A stretch of DNA of 64,000 bases from a bacterium. GTDB taxonomy: Bacteria; JAAXHH01. The notes below the pieces were generated by a model. That model saw only the letters and a list, made by a program, of their open reading frames with translations, did not search any database and was not told where the DNA came from. This document shows, one piece after another, positions 19,059 through 28,660 of this stretch. How positions within the stretch are numbered: the stretch's first letter is position 1; every line of letters begins with the position of its first letter. A program made the translations under genes and the position numbers. Location: positions 137,939-201,938 of the forward strand of contig CBDAUD010000002.1 of assembly GCA_965200485.1 (NCBI GenBank), read 5' to 3'.

Positions 19059-19448
19059 ATGGGCGTAGTACACAAACACCAGGGCCGGCACGGGGCAAAC
19101 GACTGGTCCGGCGTGGAACAGGCGCCCTACACCCGGGGCGGAGCAGTGGGCGGTTCGGTCCGGGTCGTAATCGGTCCGGATGACGGCGCGCACAACTTCT
19201 CGATGCGCTATTTCGAAATCGAGCCGGGCGGCCAGTCCTCCTTCGACCGGCACCCCCACGATCATGGCATCTACATACTGCGGGGCCGGGCCAAGGTGCT
19301 CATCGGCTGGGAAGTACACGACGTGGGACCGGGAGACGTGGTATACATCGCGCCCGACGAACAGCACCAGTTCGAGAGCGTCGGGGAGGAACCGCTCGGA
19401 TTCCTGTGCGTCGTACCGCCCAAAGACAACGCCCCGAAAACCGTATAG
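19059..19448 (+). CDS. Cupin-domain protein (RmlC-like cupin)
   Basis: Cupin motifs: G(X)5HXH-like FDRHPHDHGIYILRG and GDVVYIAPDEQHQF. ATG at 19059 chosen, since the upstream part of the ORF is Arg-rich junk. Confidence 0.7.
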   Translation: MGVVHKHQGRHGANDWSGVEQAPYTRGGAVGGSVRVVIGPDDGAHNFSMRYFEIEPGGQSSFDRHPHDHGIYILRGRAKVLIGWEVHDVGPGDVVYIAPDEQHQFESVGEEPLGFLCVVPPKDNAPKTV

Positions 19449-19470
19449 GGCGCATCCACCGGTCTAAGGT

Positions 19471-20448
19471 CTAAGGCGCGTGTACATCCGCCGGTCGGCC
19501 GGTCCGCGCGTCGCCGTATTTCCTTCCGTTCTCCATCAGGTGCATCTGCGTATTCACGTAACCCGGACGTACTTCTTCGAAGTGGGGACCCATGATCCGG
19601 TGGAGGTCGCCCAGGGCGTGGAAGGGTATAGTCGGTATGGCGTGGTGTTCGGCGTGGTAGGCGTTGTTCCAGTTCAACCACCGGACTACAGGGTTGGTGA
19701 GGACCGTCCGCGTGTTGACCAGCATATGGCGTACACGAGCACAGCCCGTGTGCTCGGACATGCGTATGAGGCGCATCACCGGTTCGCCCAGCATCCGGGG
19801 CGCCAGCCAGTACAGGATCACGGCCATTGTGTCGAACCAGATTGATACGGCCGCCAGCGTACCGTATGCCAGGACCATGCTCCAGGCCTGCGCCACCACC
19901 CTGCCGCGCACCCTTCCGGGCAGGAATTTTCGCTCGACTGCGTTGAACCGCCCCAAAAGCATCCGCATCAGCGTGGTCAGGTTGCTTTGGAAGTAGGGAA
20001 TGCCCGTGGCGTAGTACAAATACCCGCCCAGGCGCTCGGCCATCGGGATCATTTCCGGATCGTCCCCCGCGATCTGGGTGTGGGCATGATGGGCAAGGTG
20101 CTCGTAGCGAAAATACACGGGGATGAGAAACAGGCCTGTGCCGGTGATCCAGCCGACGATCCGGTTCATGGCCGCGGTTCTGAAGGCCGTTCCGTGGGAA
20201 CATTCATGGAAGGGCGCGAACCAGTGCACCAGGATGACGCCGTGTGCCAGCAGGGCGGGCAACAGCCACCAGGTTCCCGCTGCGAGCGACACCAGGTATC
20301 CGGTAAGCAGCGTGGCCGCCGCGTGCCCGACAAGGAAGACAAGCCCCGGCAGATCCCGGCGCTGACGCAGGGAACGCAGACGGTCCGGTTCGACGATGTC
20401 GGTGGGCTTTACCGGGGATGGTCCCGTACTTTTTTCAAGAACGGACAT
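19471..20448 (-). CDS. Membrane fatty-acid desaturase / hydroxylase family protein (three His boxes)
   Basis: His boxes HECSHG, EHLAHHAH and YHAEHH, with 4 predicted transmembrane segments. Confidence 0.8.
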   Translation of the reverse strand: MSVLEKSTGPSPVKPTDIVEPDRLRSLRQRRDLPGLVFLVGHAAATLLTGYLVSLAAGTWWLLPALLAHGVILVHWFAPFHECSHGTAFRTAAMNRIVGWITGTGLFLIPVYFRYEHLAHHAHTQIAGDDPEMIPMAERLGGYLYYATGIPYFQSNLTTLMRMLLGRFNAVERKFLPGRVRGRVVAQAWSMVLAYGTLAAVSIWFDTMAVILYWLAPRMLGEPVMRLIRMSEHTGCARVRHMLVNTRTVLTNPVVRWLNWNNAYHAEHHAIPTIPFHALGDLHRIMGPHFEEVRPGYVNTQMHLMENGRKYGDARTGRPADVHAP

Positions 20449-20454
20449 CAGTAG

Positions 20455-21003
20455 CTAACCCGCGCGATTCGCCCGGTCGTCGATCTCCACGGTGCCCCGT
20501 TCGAGATTGAAACGGCGCGTCTTCTGTTTTTCCACGTCACCCACAGTCACCCGCACGAAGAAGGCGCCGTCGGGATAGTCTATGGAGTGGATGTCTCCCT
20601 GCGCGAAGGCCGTAGCCTCCCCCGCGCCGACCACGTACTCCCGGGCGATCTCAAGGCGGGCGGGTCCTTCGGAACCTCCATCGTCCAGCCGTTTCCAGCG
20701 CCGCATTACGGTGTGGCCGGTATAGTTCCCGTAAATTACGCTGCAGGGACCGTGATCGTGCGGCGGGGAGGCGCCGCCTTTGCGGCCGCCGTGGACGATG
20801 ACATGGATATCCGTTTCCGGATCATGGCCGATCACCGTGTGCCCCTTGTACTCGTTCAGATTTACATAAGTCTCCAGAAGATCGGTCTGGCCAAGCAACC
20901 GCTCGGTACGCTGCCTGATTGATTCCAGTCCGTCCCGGACGCCGTTTTCGCGCACGATTTGCCGGGCGTCGGCCAGAAATTGATCAACAGTGTAGGATGT
21001 CAT
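20455..21003 (-). CDS. Cupin-fold protein, cysteine-dioxygenase-like
   Basis: VIVHGGRKGGASPPHDHGPCSVIYG..H metal-binding His pattern on a cupin scaffold. Start MTSYTVDQ at 21003. Confidence 0.55.
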   Translation of the reverse strand: MTSYTVDQFLADARQIVRENGVRDGLESIRQRTERLLGQTDLLETYVNLNEYKGHTVIGHDPETDIHVIVHGGRKGGASPPHDHGPCSVIYGNYTGHTVMRRWKRLDDGGSEGPARLEIAREYVVGAGEATAFAQGDIHSIDYPDGAFFVRVTVGDVEKQKTRRFNLERGTVEIDDRANRAG

Positions 21004-21180
21004 CAATGGCCTCCTTGATCTTCGTCTCCGCACCATCCACAGATAGTTGAGAATACAACTTGCGTTTCATGCCGAAATTGCGTATCGTAACCATCTTGGA
21101 TGTAATATACGCACAAGAAAACCAGTTGTCCACCAATACTCAGTACGCTTCATGCTCAGTGATTCAACGGAGGAATCAGG

Positions 21181-21777
21181 ATGACCCGCATCGGAAAGTT
21201 GGGCTTTCTTTTCGCAGCATGCATGACGCTGGCCGCACTGGCCGCCGCGCCCGCCGCGCAGGCCCAGACGATCTCGGACGCACAGGCGAAAGTCGGTGAA
21301 ATGCCGGACGATCCCCCGCGTCATTTCAATCTGGGTATTGCGTATTTCAAGGCGGGCCAGTTTACAGACGCCATCGGCGCTTTTGAGAAAGCCATCGAAT
21401 TGAAGGCGGATTACAAGGAAGCTTTCTACAACCTGGGGTTGGCCCAGCAGAAGGCGGGCCAGACGTCCAACGCGATCAAATCGTTCAAGCGGGCGACGGA
21501 GCTGGATCCCAAGTACGCGGACGCCCACGGCGCGCTGGGCGGCGCCTATCAGAAGATCAAGAGCACCAGAAACGCGATCCGTTCGTACCAGGCTGCTATC
21601 CGCATCAACGGCAAAAAGGCGACCTGGCACTACAACCTGGGTATCCTGTATCAAACCCGGGAGGACTATCCCAACGCGATAAAGGCCTACGAGACCTACT
21701 TGAAGCTGGCGCCCCGGGCCAGGAACGCCGCGTCGTTGCGCAAAATCGTCGACCAGATGAAGGACGCGACCCGGTAG
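21181..21777 (+). CDS. Secreted TPR-repeat protein
   Basis: Signal peptide ..LAALAAAPAAQAQ. Four TPR units (AIGAFEKAIELKADYKEAFYNLG, etc.). GGAGGA ribosome-binding site before the ATG. Confidence 0.8.
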   Translation: MTRIGKLGFLFAACMTLAALAAAPAAQAQTISDAQAKVGEMPDDPPRHFNLGIAYFKAGQFTDAIGAFEKAIELKADYKEAFYNLGLAQQKAGQTSNAIKSFKRATELDPKYADAHGALGGAYQKIKSTRNAIRSYQAAIRINGKKATWHYNLGILYQTREDYPNAIKAYETYLKLAPRARNAASLRKIVDQMKDATR

Positions 21778-21837
21778 TCAACGTATAGTCGGCTTCCGGC
21801 ATGTCAGACGATTACGCGATACGCGATCAGGACAAGA

Positions 21838-21870
21838 ATACAGAAAAGCCTCCGCCATCTAAAGCGGAGG
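21838..21870. terminator. Bidirectional rho-independent terminator between convergent genes
   Basis: Perfect hairpin AAAAGCCTCCGC-catctaaa-GCGGAGGCTTTTCTG with flanking A/T runs on both strands. Located between the TPR gene (+) and the ABC substrate-binding protein gene (-). Confidence 0.8.
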
Positions 21871-21925
21871 CTTTTCTGTATTGTAGTTTTCCCCTGCGCA
21901 TTGCGCATCTCCCGGGGGATTGTCG

Positions 21926-23587
21926 TCAGCGGGAGATGTATACCCGCGTGTAGTCCATAGCCCCGACGGTGCCGTCCGGGTTTTTTGTCATCCCCTTGAC
22001 CCAGGGTTTTCTGAGCTCCAGGTTCACCGGGTGGAATAGAAAGGCGCCGGCGTAGTCGGCCACCATGATCTCCTCCGCCTCCGCGTAAAGGGCGCGGCGC
22101 CTTTCCCTGTCGAGCTCGGAAGCGGCCTGCTCCACCAGTCGATCGAATTTCGTGTTCGTCCAGTCCGACCGGCCGTATCCCTGCGGCTGCGAATGCCAGA
22201 TCATGTCGAGCATGTTGCGCGGGTCGAGGTAATCGGCGTAGAACACGATAAGCCCCAGGTTCATGCGCCAGTTGTACATGTTGGTCATGTACATGGTCCG
22301 GTCGGCGCTCCGGATCGTGACGTCGATCCGGAGGTTCTCCTTCAACATGGCCATGATCGCCTCGCTGACCCGCTTGATCGTGGGATTGGGCGCCCGCAGC
22401 CACATCTCCTGACGAGGAAATCCCCTGCCCCGCGGATAGCCGGCTTGCCGGAGAAGCACCTGGGCTTTCTCGGGATCATAGGACTGGTAAGGCTTCATGA
22501 TATCACCGTTATACTCGCCGAATTCGGGCGGGATCATCGAGTAGGCGGGCACCGCCGTACCGCCCAGCAGGATCTTCGTGATGACCTCCCGGTCGATCGC
22601 CCGCGCGAAGGCTTCGCGCACCCGTACGTCGTCGAAAGGCGGCTGGCGGGTGCGGAAGAAGAGATACCACGACGCCCTTGCCGGCACCTTGACCAGGTCC
22701 GGTGCAAGTTCCGGATCGGCCAGGATGCGCGGCATGTCGGTCACATCTACGAGTTCGCGGTCCACCTCGTTGTTTTCGTAGGCGAGCACCGTGGCGACCG
22801 CCGCGTTGCGGAAGGGATGGACGACCTTTTCCAAATAGGGTTTGTGGGGTCCGTTGTACATGGGATCCGGAACGAAGGTCATATGGCTTCCCGTGACCCA
22901 TTCCGACAACTTGAAGCCCGAATTCGAGACGATGTTTTCAAGACGGGTCCATTTCCTGTCGTACTTTTCAACCTGCCATGGCGGGACGGGCAACGCATTT
23001 CCGTAGGATACGATGTACGGCAGGTAGGGAGCCGACGCCTCCGTCTCGATGACCAGCGTGTGATCGTTGACCGCCCAGACGCCCAGCTGGGTCAGGTCCT
23101 CGATTTCGCCACGGTTTATGGCCCTCGCGTTCTTGAAATCGTGGTAGAAGAATCCGTAGGGGTTGGCCTCCTGCGGGTCCAGCATCCGCCGGAAGGAGTA
23201 CACGAAGTCATGGGCCGTAACGGGCCGGCCATCGCTCCATCGCGCGCCCCGGCGCAGATGGAAGGTCCAGGTCTTGCCGTCCGGGGAGGATGTGAAACTG
23301 TCGGCGGCGGCCGGTTCGGGATTCCAGTTCGGGTCGCGCCGCAGCAGGGGCTCGAAGGGGATGATCGTATCTTCGGTGTCATAGTCGTTGATGGCCGAAT
23401 CGAGCGTGCGGGGTTCCGGACTCATGTATCGGAAGACCTGCTGGTCTCGCGGGGACGCGTCGGGAGGCAGGGGCCGCGCGGCCGATTCGCCGGAACCGCC
23501 GCCCTGCGCCAAAATCAACAGGGGAATCAGAAAGAAGCCGGCAACCGCTCCGAATACGACCGTGGTGCACTTCAAAGCATGGGACAT
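21926..23587 (-). CDS. ABC transporter substrate-binding protein, family 5 (peptide/nickel/opine, OppA/DppA-like)
   Basis: Signal peptide MSHALKCTTVVFGAVAGFFLIPLLILAQG. Roughly 550 aa mature length and SBP_bac_5-like composition. Start chosen at M20 of the track ORF. Confidence 0.7.
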   Translation of the reverse strand: MSHALKCTTVVFGAVAGFFLIPLLILAQGGGSGESAARPLPPDASPRDQQVFRYMSPEPRTLDSAINDYDTEDTIIPFEPLLRRDPNWNPEPAAADSFTSSPDGKTWTFHLRRGARWSDGRPVTAHDFVYSFRRMLDPQEANPYGFFYHDFKNARAINRGEIEDLTQLGVWAVNDHTLVIETEASAPYLPYIVSYGNALPVPPWQVEKYDRKWTRLENIVSNSGFKLSEWVTGSHMTFVPDPMYNGPHKPYLEKVVHPFRNAAVATVLAYENNEVDRELVDVTDMPRILADPELAPDLVKVPARASWYLFFRTRQPPFDDVRVREAFARAIDREVITKILLGGTAVPAYSMIPPEFGEYNGDIMKPYQSYDPEKAQVLLRQAGYPRGRGFPRQEMWLRAPNPTIKRVSEAIMAMLKENLRIDVTIRSADRTMYMTNMYNWRMNLGLIVFYADYLDPRNMLDMIWHSQPQGYGRSDWTNTKFDRLVEQAASELDRERRRALYAEAEEIMVADYAGAFLFHPVNLELRKPWVKGMTKNPDGTVGAMDYTRVYISR

Positions 23588-23668
23588 GGTGATGTTCCTA
23601 TGGTAGAGCATCAATTGACTAAGAAGTACCAGCGAACTTTGCATTCGGGTTGGCGAAACCCGAACAGC

Positions 23669-24985
23669 CTATCGGTTTTCTTCCAGCGCTTCGGCCACGG
23701 CGCCCACGAGGCCGTCGACATGGGTTTCGTCCATGGCTGCGGAGAGACAGTTCATGACGAGACCGTTTGACAGATAGTAACCCCGGTTCAGCAGGGAAAG
23801 GTACATCCCGGATACCGGCCCCTTGTCCGCCGCCGCAACGGCGCGATAGGTCCTGACCGGGCCTTTCGTGAAGTAGATGCTGAAGGTAGAACCCGATGCG
23901 ACCGTCGTTGCCACCGCGCCCGTACGGGCGAATGCGTCCTCAAGTCCTTTCACCAAACGGTCCGCGAGCCGGTCGAGCCGGGCGTAGACGTCGGGCGTCA
24001 GGACCTCCAGCATGGCGAGGCCAGCGGCCATGGCGACGGGATGTCCGCTGAACGTGCCGCTTTGATTAAGCCGTGCCTTGCCCTGGGTTGGATCCAGCAG
24101 AGACATGAGATCCCGGCGGCCGCCAAAGGCCCCTACCGGAAATCCGCCCCCGACGATCTTGCCGTACGTGGTCAGATCGGGCAGGATGCCGCACTGGGAC
24201 TGGACGCCTCCCGGCGCCGCGCGGAAACCCACGATTTCGTCCAGGATCAGGAGGATGCCGTGCCGCGTCGTAATATCGCGCACCGCCTTTACGAAGTCCA
24301 ACCGCTGCGGAATGACCCCCGTCTTGGGATCGAGTATGACGGCCGCCAGTTCATCCTTTCTTGCCTTGATGATCGATTCCACGACCGCTGCGTCGTCGAA
24401 CGGCAGAATGACGACGTTGTCCGTGGCGTTGGGCGGCATGCCCCCGACGCTGGGCACCGGCAGCGGGTGATCGGCCGGCCCCGCCTGCTCCGGATCGGGC
24501 GAAGTGCTGATTTCAACGGCGTCGTGGCTGCCGTGGTATCCTCCCTCGAATTTGGCGATGACGTGCCGGCCCGAGAACTCCCTGGCCAGGCGGATCGCGT
24601 GCAACGTGGCTTCGGTCCCTGAGTTGCAGAACCGGACCTTCTCCAGGGAGGCCACCCGGCCGCACAGTGCTTCCGCCAGTGCGGTTTCGATTCCCATGGG
24701 CGCGGCCACGGCGATACCGCGCTCCAGCTGCCGCTCCACGGCCCGGATCACGACGGGATGGTTATGCCCCAGGATTTGCGAGGTGTGGTGATTGGCGAAA
24801 TCCACGTACCGGTTCCCGTCCACGTCGTAGAGATGGCAGCCTTCGGCCCGTTCCATCGTGATCGGATACGGGGCATAGTAGTACGCCCCTTTGGCGACGC
24901 CGGGCATGACCTCGCCCGCGCGCCCGAATGCCTCGCGGGACCGTCGCGTCCGGTCTCGGTAGGCGGATTCCTGTGACGTATGCAT
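23669..24985 (-). CDS. Class III aminotransferase (glutamate-1-semialdehyde 2,1-aminomutase-like)
   Basis: YVDFANHHTSQILGHNHP, GSGTEA, PLP-lysine region ..TYGKIVGGGFPVGAFGG... Confidence 0.8.
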   Translation of the reverse strand: MHTSQESAYRDRTRRSREAFGRAGEVMPGVAKGAYYYAPYPITMERAEGCHLYDVDGNRYVDFANHHTSQILGHNHPVVIRAVERQLERGIAVAAPMGIETALAEALCGRVASLEKVRFCNSGTEATLHAIRLAREFSGRHVIAKFEGGYHGSHDAVEISTSPDPEQAGPADHPLPVPSVGGMPPNATDNVVILPFDDAAVVESIIKARKDELAAVILDPKTGVIPQRLDFVKAVRDITTRHGILLILDEIVGFRAAPGGVQSQCGILPDLTTYGKIVGGGFPVGAFGGRRDLMSLLDPTQGKARLNQSGTFSGHPVAMAAGLAMLEVLTPDVYARLDRLADRLVKGLEDAFARTGAVATTVASGSTFSIYFTKGPVRTYRAVAAADKGPVSGMYLSLLNRGYYLSNGLVMNCLSAAMDETHVDGLVGAVAEALEENR

Positions 24986-25031
24986 GGACCGGCTTTCCCT
25001 TCCCTGTCGAATGGACCCGCAGCGCCGGCGC

Positions 25032-25796
25032 CTACGGCTGGTAGGCTTCCCAGAGCGCCTTGTAGTATGCCATCAGTCGTTCGGGTTCGGGACTGTGGTC
25101 GATTTCAGCGAGTGTGTACCCGTCGTACCCGTCGTCATGGAGCAGCCGGAACAGCTCCCGCCATGGATACTCGGCGCGCGCAAGTTCGGTGATATGCACC
25201 AGGCCGATCTTGTTACGCAGCAGCCGATAGTTGCATTCAATGGATCCGTCCACCACCTCGCCGAAATTGGAGTTCCAGCAAATGTACGCATTGGGATGAT
25301 CCGCATGATCCATGATGGCCCGCATGCGTCTCGGCTCCTGCGTATCCCGGCCGTGCACCTCCACCCGAATCTGCACGCCGAGGCCGTCGGCCGCTTCCGC
25401 ACACGTCCCGACGGCCTTTCCGATCTGTTCGAGCGTCGCCTCTTCCGGAACGCCCGCTTCGGTCTGCAGCCCGTTGGGGCGTACCTTCACGCCCGGGCAG
25501 TCGAGGTCGGCCGCCAGTTTCGCGTACGCCAGCGTGCCGTCTATGTTCGCTCGAACCTCGTCGGGATCGAGCGAGTGATATTCGAAAGCCGTGCCAAGCC
25601 CCGCCAGATCCACGCCGCCGTCCTCGAATCTTCGACGAACCTCCGATCGCTCGTCCGCACTCAGCGCGGCTTCTACGCCGTGGGCGTGGGTCGTACGGAG
25701 TTCCACTCCGGTAAAACCCGTCCTGTGGCACATGTCGATGAGGGCCGGCAGGTCCCAGTCCTTGCCGATCTGATAGGTCACGAATCCCAGCTTCAT
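25032..25796 (-). CDS. Sugar phosphate isomerase/epimerase (xylose isomerase-like TIM barrel)
   Basis: AP_endonuc_2 / TIM-barrel pattern, with GFTGVEL, divalent-metal Glu/His/Asp ligands and ..VHITE... Confidence 0.7.
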   Translation of the reverse strand: MKLGFVTYQIGKDWDLPALIDMCHRTGFTGVELRTTHAHGVEAALSADERSEVRRRFEDGGVDLAGLGTAFEYHSLDPDEVRANIDGTLAYAKLAADLDCPGVKVRPNGLQTEAGVPEEATLEQIGKAVGTCAEAADGLGVQIRVEVHGRDTQEPRRMRAIMDHADHPNAYICWNSNFGEVVDGSIECNYRLLRNKIGLVHITELARAEYPWRELFRLLHDDGYDGYTLAEIDHSPEPERLMAYYKALWEAYQP

Positions 25797-25853
25797 AGGG
25801 TCTCCCCGCCAACCGGCCTCAACGTGCGACCGGCCTCAACGCTTCAGCCTTCT

Positions 25854-26957
25854 TCAACCCTGGAGTCGCCGTACGCGCGCCGGTACGCTGTCCTCGCGTA
25901 TTTCGGCGGAAAGGATGCCGAGATGCCGATCCTCCACGGGAAGACGAACCCTTTGCCCGCCCCTGCGATGCGATTCGCGCAGGGCGATGGCCACTTCCAG
26001 CGCCTCGCGTCCGTCCACGCCCGAACACTTGGGCGCGTGGCCGTGCTCAATGGACGAGATCAGGTCCGCGACAATGGCCAGCCCCATGCCGGGGTACCGG
26101 GCCGGCCAGGGAAACGGGACGCGCGCGGGCACCCCTCTTTCCCGCGGACCGCCGGGAAGCTGCCTGAACAATTCGACATCCTGCCCGTTCGCGCAGGAGC
26201 GGAAACGGCCCGCCGTGCCCAGAACGTCAATTTCCCAGTTCGCCATGCCGCAGGGCATGCCCCGGATATAAGCCCGCACGTCGTTGTCGAAAGCAAGATA
26301 GCCGTTGCCGCTCAGGTCATGTTCGCCCGCCGCCGCCTCGTCGGACTCCATCTCGCCGTATACCCACTGAACACTGCCGCCGGCCATGTACCGGACGATA
26401 TCGATGAGATGGCTGCCGTTGTGGGACAGCCCGCAGTGGCCGTACCCCGTCACTTGAACGACCGCTCCGAGCTCGCCCGCTTCAATCAGTGCCTTTGCTT
26501 CGGAAAAAAAAGGATTCCATCGCCTTGCGCAGTTGATGGCGAGCGCAACGCCGTGTTCGGCGCAGGTGTCCACCATGGCATCCGCCTCGGCCAGGGTCAG
26601 GGCGATCGGCTTCTCGGCCCAGATGGCTTTCACGCCGACCCGTGCGGCGTCCTGCACGATCTGCGATCGGACCCGTGCGGTGGTACAGACGCTAAGCAGG
26701 TCAATACGTTCCCTTTCAAGCATCTCGCGGTAATCCGCGTAAAGACGACCGTCTTCAATACCCCACCGTTTGCCGAAAATGGCCCGCTGCTCATCGTGGG
26801 GATCCGCCCCGGCGACCAGGTCCACGTCCGGCGCGGCGTGGTAGGAGGGCGCATGGCAGTAGGGCAGGAACACGGAACCGCCCTGTTCGATCTCGTCGTC
26901 GAAAGTGCTCCCCATGCGGCCCAGTCCGATCACGGCGGCGCGGTATCTGTTGGCCAT
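25854..26957 (-). CDS. Gfo/Idh/MocA-family NAD(P)-dependent oxidoreductase
   Basis: N-terminal Rossmann AVIGLGRMGS. EKP motif (WAEKPIAL). Confidence 0.8.
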   Translation of the reverse strand: MANRYRAAVIGLGRMGSTFDDEIEQGGSVFLPYCHAPSYHAAPDVDLVAGADPHDEQRAIFGKRWGIEDGRLYADYREMLERERIDLLSVCTTARVRSQIVQDAARVGVKAIWAEKPIALTLAEADAMVDTCAEHGVALAINCARRWNPFFSEAKALIEAGELGAVVQVTGYGHCGLSHNGSHLIDIVRYMAGGSVQWVYGEMESDEAAAGEHDLSGNGYLAFDNDVRAYIRGMPCGMANWEIDVLGTAGRFRSCANGQDVELFRQLPGGPRERGVPARVPFPWPARYPGMGLAIVADLISSIEHGHAPKCSGVDGREALEVAIALRESHRRGGQRVRLPVEDRHLGILSAEIREDSVPARVRRLQG

Positions 26958-27047
26958 TTCTTCCTCGGTCGAATTCTGCAGAACCGGGCGTCGCCAGATT
27001 GCGCACCACAATCGGCCGCGATCTTCGGCATGACCCGGATCGGTTCA

Positions 27048-27077
27048 GTTGCTTTCGGTTGCTTTCGGTTGCTTTCA
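27048..27077. repeat. 10-bp direct tandem repeat, 3 copies (GTTGCTTTCG)
   Basis: Read directly: gttgctttcg gttgctttcg gttgctttca, in the intergenic region between two minus-strand genes. Confidence 0.8.
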
Positions 27078-27184
27078 GCTGATCCGTTGCACGCATAAAC
27101 TACGCCGTTACCGGCCGCGAGACAAGCGGCAAATACAACATGCCGGTCGGTTTGCGGACCATTTTCCAGGCAGAAGCAGCGGCA

Positions 27185-27697
27185 CTACCTGCTGGCAGCG
27201 CGTTCCACCCAGAACCGTCCCCACTGTTCCAGATAGTCGGAACTGCTCCAGGCCTTGTCCGCGCCCACGCCCGTGACCACTTCGATATCGAGTTCCCTGC
27301 AGACGTTCCACTCGGGGATATTGGACTTGTCGGTCCGGTCTCCGCCCTTGGTAAACACGCGGGGCCGGATCACCCGCAGGGCCGCGCGGACCGTATCGTC
27401 GTTTTCTACTTCAAAGGGGACGACATAGTCCACGGCGCGAATACCGGAGACCACCCGGCACCGGGCCTGGAGATCCATAAAGGGTTTTCCCTTCTTTCGG
27501 CGAAGAAAATCGTCTCCGTTGACGATGACAACCAGCGTATCCCCATAGGCGGATGATTCCAGCAGGCAGGAGAGATGGCCGGGATGGAGCGGATCGTACC
27601 CGCCGGACGTGGCGACGATGGCGCCCAGGCCGGATCTCAGCGAGGCAAACGCTTTCAGTTCGACGATTCGGGCTGCATTTCGCGTGTTTTGGGACAT
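27185..27697 (-). CDS. Cytidylyl/adenylyltransferase-like nucleotidyltransferase (RfaE domain II / glycerol-3-phosphate cytidylyltransferase-like)
   Basis: VATSGGYDPLHPGHL (HxGH nucleotidyltransferase motif), 170 aa. Confidence 0.7.
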   Translation of the reverse strand: MSQNTRNAARIVELKAFASLRSGLGAIVATSGGYDPLHPGHLSCLLESSAYGDTLVVIVNGDDFLRRKKGKPFMDLQARCRVVSGIRAVDYVVPFEVENDDTVRAALRVIRPRVFTKGGDRTDKSNIPEWNVCRELDIEVVTGVGADKAWSSSDYLEQWGRFWVERAASR

Positions 27698-27736
27698 GGT
27701 CCGGGAACGAAGTCGGGGTGGGTGACCAGCAAAAGC

Positions 27737-28291
27737 TCAGAAGTTCAGCGTCTGCGTGATCTGCTGTTGGTTGAACACCAGACTCTTCTTCCGGCCGTTG
27801 GCATTGACATGCACAAGATTGACCTGGTCTTCAAACGTCTCGAGGAACAGGGTATTCGTTATGGTCATCGTTTTCAGTACGGGGACGTTCTCGACTTCCA
27901 CGTAACACCATATTGCGTCCGAATCCACTTCCTTTCCGATAAAGGCGGCGTTGACGCGCTGTCCGTTCGTCTCGATTACGACGTGGCGCGCGAGATAACG
28001 GCCGATGTAGATATCCGCTTTTTCGGATTCGCGCTCCGTACCGAGACGCAGCCGTTCCGCGCCCATCGTTTCGAGTACGAGTTCCAGGTCGTCCATGAAC
28101 AGGCGAAAAGACAGTTCCAGCGCACCGGTGTCCGGGTTGTGATCCAGCTGGCAGACACTGATGTAGAACGGGTGGTCCGCTTTTGGTCCGGTACCCGTCT
28201 CGACCCTTGTGCCCATGGCGCTCGCGTCCCGGACCGGGCACATCAGCAGGAAGCTCGTCAGAATAAGCCGGAAGCCTTGCCGCGATTTCAT
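27737..28291 (-). CDS. Secreted hypothetical protein
   Basis: Signal peptide MKSRQGFRLILTSFLLMCPVRDASA. Balanced composition, unlike the Arg-rich opposite-strand ORF. No recognisable motif. Confidence 0.5.
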   Translation of the reverse strand: MKSRQGFRLILTSFLLMCPVRDASAMGTRVETGTGPKADHPFYISVCQLDHNPDTGALELSFRLFMDDLELVLETMGAERLRLGTERESEKADIYIGRYLARHVVIETNGQRVNAAFIGKEVDSDAIWCYVEVENVPVLKTMTITNTLFLETFEDQVNLVHVNANGRKKSLVFNQQQITQTLNF

Positions 28292-28660
28292 CGGTGCTTT
28301 CGTGAACGGTTTCCGTGGTATTGTCGCAAACGCATCCCGGCGCCTCGGGCAAGGGAACGGTCCGCGGCCCGCCCGTGCCTCGCCTCCGTACGTGGCCGGC
28401 CGCCGGTCGTCTCAGGGTACATGCGCGGGCCGCCGCTGTCAAGCCTGCGCGGAAAACGCGGTCTTCGGATTGCCCTCTACGCGACGGATTGCCTTTACAC
28501 GACGCCTTCCAAACGGTATATTCCCCACACTGATATCATTAAACTCATAACAGTCCATGCAGTTTCATGCAGGCTCGCACCGTTTCATGCAAGTTCATAC
28601 GGATACTACTTTACGTAGCGAAACATAGCGAACGGTAGATCAGCACCTGGAGGCCGATCC

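Noticed and set aside
17978-19183. 401-aa Gly/Arg-rich ORF in an alternate frame of the diiron oxygenase gene.
   Set aside because: Composition artifact (GRGRG repeats). The diiron frame has clear ExxH motifs.
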